From: an uncultured Verrucomicrobiae bacterium
GTDB taxonomy: Bacteria; Verrucomicrobiota; Verrucomicrobiia; Chthoniobacterales; Xiphinematobacteraceae
NCBI GenBank assembly: GCA_963706715.1
Contig: CAVPNI010000001.1
Span: 160,001-224,000, forward strand
Direction: 5' to 3'
Length of the DNA stretch: 64,000 bases
Each line of letters opens with the position of its first letter. Positions within the stretch are counted from its first letter, which is position 1. A program made the translations under genes and the position numbers. Below are positions 42,479 through 52,110 of this stretch, in pieces. The notes under the pieces were generated by a model. It was not told where the DNA came from, ran no database searches, and saw only the letters and a list, made by a program, of their open reading frames with translations.

Positions 42479-43480
42479 ATGCTCATCAAATTCATCATCG
42501 TTAGCCTTTCAGTTGGCGCAGCTACTACAGCTTTCGGCACCCCACTTCCCGGAAGTTTACACACGTTCCATATGAACTCAGACGAAGTCAGAAATGGGTA
42601 TGTCATAGGAAATAGGGATGACTGGGTCCGAGTGCAGGTTTCCGATCCGCAGAACGCCAGCACCGCTGAGCCAGTCGTAACCGTGTTATTGAAACAACAA
42701 TCAATCTGCAAAGTGATCCCCTTGGAGTGGCATCTTTGGGACTCGATAATGAAACCAGAAAATGAAGAGCCACAAGATCAAGAAATGTTGGAACAAAAGA
42801 AAGAAACCCTGGCACAGGCCTGGAATGCAATGAACTGCATCTTAGGAATTCCGGAAGCCCGAGTTGGAACACTCGGAAATGTATTGGCTCAAACATTAGT
42901 CACAATATGGCGGCAAACCGTTGATGGCCGGAGAATACAGATGCCTGCTATTGCAGTTGATGCTGGTCTTCTTTGTGCGGCACAAGATCTTTATGCAACT
43001 GTCGAAGAAAAGTCCCACTGTCCTCAAGAACGAAACACCGCTCGTGCCGGGCGGCTTGCTATTAAGAGATTCCAAAAGCAAAATCACAAAGCGGCAGCGG
43101 AAGCAAAGGCATGGATCGAGGAATCTCCTCATCCTCCACCGGAAGCCTGGGACGCTTTGGGGGAAAGCTTATTAACCGAGGCCGAAGAACTCATTCAAGA
43201 ACACCCTCGGTGGAAACAAGATCGTTTCGTACAACCCAAAATCATTTCTCTCTTCAACACTTGTCTCAATGCTTCATTAATCAGTTTTGTACGCCACCCT
43301 GTTGAGCTTCATTGGGCCGCACGTGGACTCATTAGAAGCGCTCGCGTCTATGAATTGTGGGAGAAACCTCAGCTTAGCACGCAAACTGCTGCAGATCTGA
43401 TCCGGTTTTACCCTCAATTCCAAAATCAGCTCAGCCGCATTCTCCAAAATTTAACGGACTTAGAAAAACAAATCCAATGA
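42479..43480 (+). CDS. Secreted hypothetical protein with TPR-like C-terminus
   Basis: Signal-like N-terminus; tightly coupled to both neighbours. Confidence 0.65.
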   Translation: MLIKFIIVSLSVGAATTAFGTPLPGSLHTFHMNSDEVRNGYVIGNRDDWVRVQVSDPQNASTAEPVVTVLLKQQSICKVIPLEWHLWDSIMKPENEEPQDQEMLEQKKETLAQAWNAMNCILGIPEARVGTLGNVLAQTLVTIWRQTVDGRRIQMPAIAVDAGLLCAAQDLYATVEEKSHCPQERNTARAGRLAIKRFQKQNHKAAAEAKAWIEESPHPPPEAWDALGESLLTEAEELIQEHPRWKQDRFVQPKIISLFNTCLNASLISFVRHPVELHWAARGLIRSARVYELWEKPQLSTQTAADLIRFYPQFQNQLSRILQNLTDLEKQIQ

Positions 43481-44232
43481 AACCCCCTACAGCATTTAAA
43501 CTTTTCGTCTTTCTCGCTATGTTGATATTCGGAACAGACACCTCATTCGCCGCAGACAATGCGAAAAATGCGGACCATGTAAAAAAAAGTGACCGAAAAA
43601 CTGTATTAGATCTCTTTCTTTCCGGAGGCTTTCTCATGTGGCCCCTCTTACTTTGTTCAGCAGGCACAGCCACGGTTTCGGTTTATTGTGTTCTGCAAAT
43701 CAATCGACGGAAAGTCATGCCCAAAGAACAGGCCGAAATCGCGTTTCGGCATCTGCGTTCAGGTGATGCAACCAACGCCTATACAGCATGTCAAAAGTGG
43801 ACCACCATATTCTCCACTGTCCTTGCCTCCGCATTATTAAAAGTAAATTACGACAGAGACCTGGCTAATAAGGCTTCCATGGAGCAGGCTGCGGAAGAGG
43901 CATTGGCCGCAGAAGAAACTCGACTCATGCTTTGGATCAATTATTTGAATGTTTTTGCTACTATTGCTCCAATGCTCGGCTTATTGGGCACCGTAACGGG
44001 AATGATCGCAAGCTTTGATCAGTTAGCTCTCGGTAAGGCCGAACCCGCTGATTTAGCCGGGGGGATCGCCGAAGCCATGGTGACAACCGCCGGAGGATTG
44101 ATCATTGGCATTCCAGCTATGTTTGCTTACTTCTATTTCCGGAATTTGCTCACAGTCTCGCTCAGCCGTGTTCAGAGCCAAATCTCTTTTTTAATTGATG
44201 TCGTTTCCGGTGAATTACGGATGGAAGACTGA
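43477..44232 (+). CDS. exbB: MotA/TolQ/ExbB proton channel protein
   Basis: APMLGLLGTVTGMI, GGIAEAMVTTAGGL. Confidence 0.9.
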   Translation: MKPPTAFKLFVFLAMLIFGTDTSFAADNAKNADHVKKSDRKTVLDLFLSGGFLMWPLLLCSAGTATVSVYCVLQINRRKVMPKEQAEIAFRHLRSGDATNAYTACQKWTTIFSTVLASALLKVNYDRDLANKASMEQAAEEALAAEETRLMLWINYLNVFATIAPMLGLLGTVTGMIASFDQLALGKAEPADLAGGIAEAMVTTAGGLIIGIPAMFAYFYFRNLLTVSLSRVQSQISFLIDVVSGELRMED

Positions 44233-44468
44233 CTTCCAACTTCGCTGGCTTCCTCTAGGCCGCAAAAATTGCAAATAAAGTTCTCCTTCCACTACAAGTC
44301 ACGAATTTCTAAAAATCTCCGATTCACCCGACTTCATCAATTTTCTGTAGAAAATTTGTTGCTCAAAAAAGACGTGATTTCCAATCAACCGCTTCTAAAA
44401 GAAACTTGTAGATCAAAAGGAACGTTATTTGCAAACTACGGCTCCTAAAAGAAACCAACGGAGTTGGC
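44231..44468. repeat. Cluster of dispersed palindromic repeat copies (one forward, two reverse)
   Basis: GACTTCCAACTTCGCTGG...TTGCAAATAAAG...ACTACAAG, then GCTTCTAAAAGAAAC and GCTCCTAAAAGAAACCAACGGAGTTGG. Confidence 0.75.
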
Positions 44469-44877
44469 TATGAAATACCGCGTTCGCGCTGAAACAGAAA
44501 TTCCCTTTCCCCTCGCTCCCATGATTGACCTCACTTTTCTCCTGTTGATTTTCTTTATGGTGACTTCTCGCATTTCCAAAGATCCCCAGCAAGAAGTCAT
44601 CCAACTGCCTCTTGCCAGCGCTGGGTTACTCCCTCAGGACGCCAGCCACCGCGATATCATCGACATTGGCAAAGAGGGCAAAGTTTCAATCGCACAAAAA
44701 ACGATGGATCGGCCAGCGTTAGAAAACCATCTGCGTTTACGACTGCAAAACAATCCCAATCGGAAACTCTATTTGCGCGCGGATGCCACTACACCTGCAC
44801 AAAAAATTAAAGAAATTATCTGCTTAGCTACGGAAGCAGGCGCAAGCCAAATCCTGATGGGAGTCCACCAGCAATGA
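44464..44877 (+). CDS. exbD: ExbD/TolR family protein
   Basis: APMIDLTFLLLIFFMV, LRAD. Confidence 0.88.
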   Translation: MAMKYRVRAETEIPFPLAPMIDLTFLLLIFFMVTSRISKDPQQEVIQLPLASAGLLPQDASHRDIIDIGKEGKVSIAQKTMDRPALENHLRLRLQNNPNRKLYLRADATTPAQKIKEIICLATEAGASQILMGVHQQ

Positions 44878-45317
44878 AACGGAGAAAGCTATCCCCTCTT
44901 CCACTGGACATGCCTATGGGACCTATGATCGACATGGTCTTTCTTCTCTTGGTATTTTTTCTGGTGAATGCCCGCCCTCAACCTCAGGAAAAGGAAATAT
45001 CCCTTTCGCTACCTGGCACTGTTTCCCAAGAACAACCCGTGGAAATTCCCGAAGAGCTCCGAATCGTGATCGCATCCACAGGCCAAGTTTTTCTGAACGA
45101 TTTGGCACTGGATGGAATAAGCACTCGCGAAATGCCCGCATTACAGACAACGTTATCCAGACTGCGCGAAGCTGCCATCGCAAATCGTTCGCCTCCTTTA
45201 ATCACCCTTGATGTTGCAGATGCCACTCCTTACCAGCGAATCATCGATGTCCTAAATGCCTGCACTAAGGCCCAAATCACATCTGTCACATTCGCTCAAG
45301 ACAAAGAAAATCTGTAA
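44874..45317 (+). CDS. exbD: ExbD/TolR family protein, second copy
   Basis: PMIDMVFLLLVFFLV, YQRIIDVLNAC. Confidence 0.88.
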   Translation: MKRRKLSPLPLDMPMGPMIDMVFLLLVFFLVNARPQPQEKEISLSLPGTVSQEQPVEIPEELRIVIASTGQVFLNDLALDGISTREMPALQTTLSRLREAAIANRSPPLITLDVADATPYQRIIDVLNACTKAQITSVTFAQDKENL

Positions 45318-45600
45318 AGCTATTTTATGTTACGCTCTGTATATGGCACATATTTGAAATTGGCATATTGTTATTCCAATGCACATATCGTTCACAGCGA
45401 GGGTAATGAATGGGCCGATAGAATTTAGTATTGAAGATGGATTAATTGGAAACATTCGGAGAGATGGATGTTAAACGACGACTTTAATCACTATCCGGCT
45501 GATTTAAAAATCAGCGATCAGCTATTTGCTCAATTTGGTTCCTTTGACTGTCACTATAAAAGTGCATTAAACCATAATAATATTAACAATAAATAAATAT

Positions 45601-46326
45601 ATGACAATGACACCAGCTATTCATAACAATTCAAATGCAAAACCTCTTGCACATAACGAGATTCAGCGCTTGGCTCCCATAGAAAATTCTTCTGGGGCGG
45701 CTGCTGAACGACAAGCCCGGAACATAATCAATCGACTGATTGGTCAATTGCCAATTCAGCAGTTACCGACTGATGTGGTAGCAGGGCTTTACGAGGCTGT
45801 GGACGGTCCGAAAAAAATACCTTTCTCACAATTAAGGGATTTTAGGCAAGCATTAGTCGGCATTCTCCGGGGAATCACCAAAGAAGTGCGTGACCTTGAT
45901 GATGGCATCATTCAATGCTTTCCACAACATCGTCCAATAGATTCCTTGCGGCTAGCCGATAAAATCAGACAAGTGCTTAGAGAGTATTGCACTGTACGAT
46001 CAGGACACCTTGAGCACAAAGCCTCTTCCATCTCAAAACTCAATCATAAAATCCTGGAGCACAATCTTCGAAAAGAGATTCTGAAGGCAACAAATACAGG
46101 TGTGAGGATATTAAACGGGGCCATCGGAGTTTCTTTACCAGGAATCAGCCCTACGTTATTCGCGCTGCAAAATGAACGTACCCGAACACTGGATAAGAAT
46201 GATATCCGGAAAAATGTTGCGAAAATCCTAGAGGCCGCAAATATAGTACCAGAGACCATCTCCAAATCAGCTGCACATTCCCTAGCATCTTTGCAACATA
46301 GATGGGCGTCAGCAATGTCCGTTTAG
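45601..46326 (+). CDS. Orphan helical hypothetical protein
   Basis: 241-aa ORF after an AT-rich upstream stretch; no motif recognised. Confidence 0.6.
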   Translation: MTMTPAIHNNSNAKPLAHNEIQRLAPIENSSGAAAERQARNIINRLIGQLPIQQLPTDVVAGLYEAVDGPKKIPFSQLRDFRQALVGILRGITKEVRDLDDGIIQCFPQHRPIDSLRLADKIRQVLREYCTVRSGHLEHKASSISKLNHKILEHNLRKEILKATNTGVRILNGAIGVSLPGISPTLFALQNERTRTLDKNDIRKNVAKILEAANIVPETISKSAAHSLASLQHRWASAMSV

Positions 46327-46451
46327 GAGCAATGTGATTAGGGAGATTACCAGGGGATCGTTGGATATTATGATCACAGAAGAGTTCAGCAGCCTTCAAG
46401 CTCTGAGTGAGAAAAATCTAACGGAGTAAAAAAGTATAAAATAGTAATTGG

Positions 46452-46500
46452 GGGGCTCCTCGGGAAATGCGAAGGCTCATTGATTTTCGAGGAGCCCCTT
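46452..46500. terminator. GC-rich hairpin (possible terminator or repeat)
   Basis: GGGGCTCCTCG...CGAGGAGCCCC inverted repeat; lacks a clear U-tract. Confidence 0.35.
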
Positions 46501-46529
46501 CTCTCCGTGATCTTCCCCGCTATTAACCG

Positions 46530-47591
46530 ATGGACACGAAAAGAATCGGTGCTGCAAGAAAGGGGCAGCGTGGAAAAAAATTAGTTGTCTCGATTTTGAT
46601 TGCAGCAGGAGCGTTACATGCCGGAGCCATACTCATTGCAGGGTTCCTTGTAATAGCCCGAAATTTGTTACCTGACCCGCCGGTATTGGAAGTAAAGGCC
46701 GATGTAAAATTTCCGGCAAAAGTGCGAAAACACCGAATCGAAATGCGTCAACTAGAAATGGCGCGGCCTAAAGTGAGCGCACACGAACTTTTAAAAACTG
46801 TGCATCCTACTGCGCTCTCGCTCCCGCAATTACCACCCCTTCCTAAATTCAACTCGGCAGCATTTTCCGGTTTGGCAACCGAATTTACCACGGATTCTGA
46901 GACTGCAAATGGAGTGGGCTGGTCCGCTACAGGACAAAGTAGTTTCTTTGGTATCGGAAGCGAAGCCAAGCGCATCCTGATCCTATATGACATCTCAAAA
47001 ACTGTCGTCAATGCGGCTGCCCGGACCGCCGTTTCCATGGAAGCGATTCGAAAAGAAAGCTGTCGCTTAATAGAGGAGCTTGGAATTCAATGCCGATTTG
47101 GATTGGCTCAATTCGCAAGGAACTACGCATTTTTTAACGACACACTTTTGCCGGCGACGGACGAAAACCGCCGACGTGCCAAGGAATGGCTCAATCGATG
47201 GTTCGCCACAACAGGAATGATGCCTCCTTCAACTCCAAATTTGGTTTCCGGAAGTCCCGGTTTCCTTGAGGTCCTCACCCGCGCATTCAATTCCCAACCT
47301 GAGGTGATTTATATCCTAAGCGACGGCGGATTCTATCGGCAGAGTGGTCCCATCCCCTATAGTGAAATTCAATCCACGCTACGTGTTCTGCAAGAAAAAC
47401 GTGAGCCACCCGTAAAAATCCACTTTCTTGCCGTAGGCATGAAAGACGACCGATTCCAAGAAATGCGAAAAATCCTCGCACTCCATGGCGGTACTATTCG
47501 TCAGCTTCCGACTTCGTCGGTTTCCTTTAGAAGCCATCGATTGAAAATTACATCTTTTCCGATCTACAAGCTCCTAAAAAAAATCGGATGA
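46530..47591 (+). CDS. Membrane-anchored vWA-like domain protein
   Basis: TM helix, FFG, ILYDISKT (degenerate MIDAS), IYILSDG, LAVG; last 27 aa derive from a palindromic repeat. Confidence 0.7.
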   Translation: MDTKRIGAARKGQRGKKLVVSILIAAGALHAGAILIAGFLVIARNLLPDPPVLEVKADVKFPAKVRKHRIEMRQLEMARPKVSAHELLKTVHPTALSLPQLPPLPKFNSAAFSGLATEFTTDSETANGVGWSATGQSSFFGIGSEAKRILILYDISKTVVNAAARTAVSMEAIRKESCRLIEELGIQCRFGLAQFARNYAFFNDTLLPATDENRRRAKEWLNRWFATTGMMPPSTPNLVSGSPGFLEVLTRAFNSQPEVIYILSDGGFYRQSGPIPYSEIQSTLRVLQEKREPPVKIHFLAVGMKDDRFQEMRKILALHGGTIRQLPTSSVSFRSHRLKITSFPIYKLLKKIG

Positions 47592-47630
47592 ATTCCGTTA
47601 CAAACGACGTTTTTTGCGCTACAAGCTTCC
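47508..47630 (+). repeat. Dispersed palindromic repeat overlapping a gene 3' end
   Basis: CCGACTTCGTCGGTTTCCTTTAGAAGCC...CTACAAGCTCCTAAAAAAAATCGGATGAA plus a partial second core. Confidence 0.8.
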
Positions 47631-47689
47631 AGGGGTGTTGTATACAAATATTCTTTAAATAAATTGGAATAGATAGATTAGAAATAAAT

Positions 47690-48067
47690 ATGATTAGATT
47701 ATCATCTTCCTACGGCGGTATTCAAAAGAAAACAATAACAATGATCGCGGATTCGGTTGCCGAGCAAGCTACAGCACAGAAGAAACGGCTCGGTATAGAA
47801 CCCACTAAAAAAGCCCCCGGAATTAAACAGATGTCTCAAATAGAGGCGGCACGGGAGCTCTCAGAGCTACAGCGACAGAAAAAGTTACAAAAACTGTTAG
47901 AGATACTTATAGAACACCAAAAGCGGGCACTCCGTGTGGCCGCTGAGGACCTTAGGCAGCCGCCTAATTATAAGAATCGAGTTAAAACAGACATACATTT
48001 TTCAGATCTCATTCCTGGTTCCCAAAAGAAACCAGCAAAGCTGGTTGCCCTTGAGCCTGGTAGGTAG
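47690..48067 (+). CDS. Orphan basic hypothetical protein
   Basis: 125-aa ORF after an AT-rich upstream stretch. Confidence 0.5.
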   Translation: MIRLSSSYGGIQKKTITMIADSVAEQATAQKKRLGIEPTKKAPGIKQMSQIEAARELSELQRQKKLQKLLEILIEHQKRALRVAAEDLRQPPNYKNRVKTDIHFSDLIPGSQKKPAKLVALEPGR

Positions 48068-48089
48068 TACTACTTTTTTGACACCACGC

Positions 48090-48527
48090 TTAGAGTATTT
48101 GTAAATGAACCGGGATCACTCCAGTGCTCACCATGCCGATACATTTTGCTGCTTCAAAGCTGAGATCAATGATGCGTCCTTTCACATAAGGTCCTCGATC
48201 ATTGATACGAACCACTACTTGTTTGCCATTTCTGAGATTTGTCACGAGGACCCGCGAATTAAAAGGTAATTGCCGATGCGCCGCCGTGACATCCATTCGT
48301 CCATAGCGTTCTCCACTAGCTGTTAGCCTCCCGATATCACGTCCCCCATACCAGGAAGCCTTTCCTATCTGGGCTCCTGGAAACGAGGCGGATAAAGCTA
48401 CCTGATGTTCTTTTTTGACATGGTGTGCATGTGCACCATGCACAGGGACAACAGCCGTTCCAATGAAGATTACAACAAAAAGTTGTAAACTTTTTCGAAT
48501 CAGCGAGGTACCTGGAAATCGGGGCAT
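48090..48527 (-). CDS. rlpA: Septal ring lytic transglycosylase RlpA family (DPBB only)
   Basis: [34 protein letters not shown]. Confidence 0.92.
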   Translation of the reverse strand: MPRFPGTSLIRKSLQLFVVIFIGTAVVPVHGAHAHHVKKEHQVALSASFPGAQIGKASWYGGRDIGRLTASGERYGRMDVTAAHRQLPFNSRVLVTNLRNGKQVVVRINDRGPYVKGRIIDLSFEAAKCIGMVSTGVIPVHLQIL

Positions 48528-48778
48528 CCGGTGACTATTACTGGAAGTTTTCTAATTTCAACTGAAAATTTAAACACGCTGGTTTATTCCGGAAATTTCA
48601 CGGTGCGGTCAAAAACAGCGAATTCTTCCTAGCAATGCGTTATAATTCAGTGTGATAAATCAAAAATAAAAAGAGATTTTACCAAGTGCAAAATCCAAAA
48701 ATTGATAAAAACTCTCAGTTCTGAGTAGTAGTTGTCAGCCCGTGTTCAATTTGCAACTGAGAACCACGAACTACGAAC

Positions 48779-48933
48779 TTTTAGAAGCCGCCGATTGAAA
48801 ATTACTTCTTTTTTGAACTACAAGTTTCTAACAGAATCGGACGAAGCTAGCTGTGCTAGTTTTCTTTAGAAGCTGGCAATTGCAAATCAGATCTTTTTTG
48901 AACTACAAGTTTCTAATAGAAACAGACGAAGTC
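48779..48933 (+). repeat. Two tandem dispersed palindromic repeat copies
   Basis: TTAGAAGC...TTTTTTGAACTACAAGTTTCTAA.AGAA...GACGAAG twice (48781, 48866), ending at the ftsK start. Confidence 0.85.
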
Positions 48934-48934
48934 T

Positions 48935-51316
48935 GTGAATCGACCGCGCAATACCCAATCATTTCAAGAAGTTAAGGGTCTCATCCTCTTTGGTATGGGA
49001 CTCCTAATTTTTTTGTCACTCATTTCTTATGATCCGAGAGATGTCCCATCCCATATCCCCTTAATTTCGGCGGCTTCACCCCCTAATCCTTCCACCAGCA
49101 ATTACATCGGATTAGTCGGCACAATTTTTGCCGGCTATGGTTATTTCCTTTTCGGTGCGGGTTCCTATCTGGCTTCGATTTTGCTCGTCGCATTTGGTAT
49201 CGGAAAGATGTTTCGGGCCTTTTTTTTGCTTAAAGAACGCCTGGGATGGAGTCTTGTCCTGCTTTTGAGCTTCTGTGCGTTGATGGAGATCCAACCCTGG
49301 TTCCTCCAAAGTTGGAGGAATCAGTTCGGAATTGAAGGTCCCGGCGGCTGGTTCGGAAACGCACTGTCCCGCGCCTTCAGCCCCTTAGGCTCTGTCGGTG
49401 CCATCCTCATTTTGTCTATCCTCTATATTTCCAGCCTCATTCTGGCGACCGGATTTCATCCTATCGCTTTTGTGCGACAGATTGTGACCGCTATTCACAT
49501 CACTCTGCGCCGGATACAGGAAAAGCGCCTTGCGGAAATGGACGAATTATCGCGGATGGAGTTACAAAAAAAGGTGCTGGAAAAAAAAGCTCAGCAACTG
49601 GAGAAGAAACTCAGCAAAAAAAGCTCAAAGCCCGACGCCATTTCCCTATCCGGCTGCGTTCCCTTTCCGTCCGAAGAAGGAATTGAGCCCAAGCCCAAAA
49701 TCATCGATACTTCTCTTCCCTCTGAAAGGCCGTCGGCTGCTCCTCTCTTGTCAAAGGAAATAAAGCCGACGAGTGGTCTGACCCATGTTTCGTTAGACAA
49801 TTATGTTCTTCCTTCTTTTGACATCCTCGATCTTACAAGTACCGAGGGACTCAAGCCCGCCAATCCGGAAGAGCTCCGGGCGATTCAGGACACCATTCTC
49901 CAAACACTGCAACAGTTTTCAGTCGTAGCCAAACCTGGCGACATCACCAAAGGCCCGACGATTACCCGATACGAGATTTATCCCGCCGACGGGGTTCGTG
50001 TGGACCGTATTCTCAGTTTGGAAAAAGACATCGCCCGAGCAACATGTGCCGAACGCATTAACATTTTGGCTCCGATTCCCGGGAAAGACACTGTGGGCAT
50101 TGAAATTGCCAATTCCCAGAAGGTAAAAGTCACCCTGCGAGAATTGTTTGAAACGGACACCTGGCTTCAATCCAAAGCGCGTCTGCCACTTGCCCTGGGA
50201 AAGGATGTGTACGGTCAGACTATCCTAGCCGATTTGGCACAAATGCCTCATCTCCTCGTCGCGGGCACAACAGGGAGCGGGAAAAGTGTCTGCATTAACG
50301 CCCTCATAGCTAGCCTGCTATTCCGTTACTCCCCTCAGGATCTCCGCTTTATTATGATCGATCCCAAGGTCGTCGAAATGCAGATCTATAACAAGCTCCC
50401 CCATCTCATCACTCCGGTGGTCACGGACCCCAAACGCGTGCTTCTTGCTCTCCGCTGGGTCATTGACGAAATGGAAAATCGATACCGTATCTTTGCAGCT
50501 TGCGGGGTCCGGAACATCCACGGATTTAACTCCCGTCCCGCGCCAAAATCACAATCCGAACTAGATGCTGAAAGCAAACATGAGGCCGCCGTCGGCTCCT
50601 TGAAAACGACGACCGAACCGGGAGATATTCAGGTGGCCCACGACTCTGACCTCAGAATTCCTGACCGGCTGGAGTACATTGTGGTCATTATAGATGAGTT
50701 GGCCGATTTGATGCAAACTGCCCCCGCTGATGTGGAAAACGCCATCGCTCGCATCACTCAAATGGCACGGGCCGCCGGCATCCACATGATCGTTGCCACC
50801 CAAACCCCTAGAGCAGATGTTGTTACAGGAATCATCAAGGCAAATATCCCCTCACGGATCGCCTTTCAGGTAGCTTCAAAGATCGACAGTCGGGTTATTC
50901 TAGACGAAAATGGGGCGGAAAAACTTCTGGGACAAGGTGATATGCTGTACCTTCCGCCTGGCACATCAAAACTCTGCCGGGCCCAAGGAGTGCTGGTCAC
51001 CGATGAAGAAATCCGGCGGTTGGTGGATTCCCTTTCCGTACAGAGCGCCCCTCGTTACGAACCCTCCATGCAGGAGAAATTAGTAGCGGCTACCCAGTCC
51101 GAAGACGTCTCCGAAGAGGATGAAAACCTGGTACGCAAGTGCTTGGAGGTCATACAACAAGAAAAGCGGGCCTCGACTTCTATGCTCCAAAGGCGCCTGC
51201 GCCTCGGTTACACCAGAGCGGCCAGAATTGTAGATATTCTAGAACAAAGAGGTATACTAGGCCCAAAAGAGGGTACAAAAGACAGAGAAATTCTTATCGA
51301 TCTGGACTCTCTGTAG
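48935..51316 (+). CDS. ftsK: DNA translocase FtsK
   Basis: N-terminal TM domain, PHLLVAGTTGSGKS, IDELADLM, LLGQGDML, gamma domain LQRRLRLGYTRAAR. Confidence 0.97.
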   Translation: MNRPRNTQSFQEVKGLILFGMGLLIFLSLISYDPRDVPSHIPLISAASPPNPSTSNYIGLVGTIFAGYGYFLFGAGSYLASILLVAFGIGKMFRAFFLLKERLGWSLVLLLSFCALMEIQPWFLQSWRNQFGIEGPGGWFGNALSRAFSPLGSVGAILILSILYISSLILATGFHPIAFVRQIVTAIHITLRRIQEKRLAEMDELSRMELQKKVLEKKAQQLEKKLSKKSSKPDAISLSGCVPFPSEEGIEPKPKIIDTSLPSERPSAAPLLSKEIKPTSGLTHVSLDNYVLPSFDILDLTSTEGLKPANPEELRAIQDTILQTLQQFSVVAKPGDITKGPTITRYEIYPADGVRVDRILSLEKDIARATCAERINILAPIPGKDTVGIEIANSQKVKVTLRELFETDTWLQSKARLPLALGKDVYGQTILADLAQMPHLLVAGTTGSGKSVCINALIASLLFRYSPQDLRFIMIDPKVVEMQIYNKLPHLITPVVTDPKRVLLALRWVIDEMENRYRIFAACGVRNIHGFNSRPAPKSQSELDAESKHEAAVGSLKTTTEPGDIQVAHDSDLRIPDRLEYIVVIIDELADLMQTAPADVENAIARITQMARAAGIHMIVATQTPRADVVTGIIKANIPSRIAFQVASKIDSRVILDENGAEKLLGQGDMLYLPPGTSKLCRAQGVLVTDEEIRRLVDSLSVQSAPRYEPSMQEKLVAATQSEDVSEEDENLVRKCLEVIQQEKRASTSMLQRRLRLGYTRAARIVDILEQRGILGPKEGTKDREILIDLDSL

Positions 51317-51345
51317 TCTAAATTTTGTGCAAAATTGGAGTATAC

Positions 51346-52110
51346 ATGAACAAATCGTCCCAATCGCCTAGGGCAACAATTGAGTCAGCGGGTTCGATTC
51401 TTCGCGCAACACGGACAGCTAAGGGGATTCCCGTAGAACAGGTGGCTCATGATTTGAGAATGCGCCCTCAACAGGTTTTGGATCTCGAACAGGATGATCA
51501 CGCTCGTCTTCCGCACACGAGTTACGTCCGGCTGTTGATCCTTTATTATGCGAGGTATTTGGATATTGCAGTTGCCCATATCGAACCACATCTTCCTGAG
51601 CGGTCAAATTTCCGAAGCGGAGGCTACCAAACGGTGTGTCAGCAATTACCATACCACATTGGCACCAGAAAAACCGTGGAGCCCCAGTTTTCGTCACTGC
51701 CTGCTCAAGTTGTTCCCGCAATTTCTACCTGTTGCATTATCTTAATTGTCATTGCAGTGGGTGCCGGAGTTTATTTCAGCTATCGGCATTCTCGGGAGGA
51801 ACAGAACCGTCTCAAACCTCCTCCCCCTGGAGCTGCCATCCAAACTGAAGCCAAAATCGCTAAGAAGCCTGCTGCCACCTTGGAAACTATGCGAGCATTT
51901 GATTCCGCCGTACTGGAAAAAGTTCCTCAGCTCACAACGGTCGATCCCCCGCCTTTGAAGCTGACAAAACGCAATAATTTGGAGACAAAGGCCGAATTCA
52001 TACGCAATGCTTCAAGAATGAGTTTTTTACCGTCCGCGCTTCCACAAATCACACCCGAAAGGGTGATGAAAGCTCTTCGCATCGATCAAAATAGTTCCAT
52101 TCAAGAATGA
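51346..52110 (+). CDS. RodZ-like HTH protein with TM helix
   Basis: G..LR..R..KG HTH, YARYL, central TM; located between ftsK and rimO. Confidence 0.7.
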   Translation: MNKSSQSPRATIESAGSILRATRTAKGIPVEQVAHDLRMRPQQVLDLEQDDHARLPHTSYVRLLILYYARYLDIAVAHIEPHLPERSNFRSGGYQTVCQQLPYHIGTRKTVEPQFSSLPAQVVPAISTCCIILIVIAVGAGVYFSYRHSREEQNRLKPPPPGAAIQTEAKIAKKPAATLETMRAFDSAVLEKVPQLTTVDPPPLKLTKRNNLETKAEFIRNASRMSFLPSALPQITPERVMKALRIDQNSSIQE

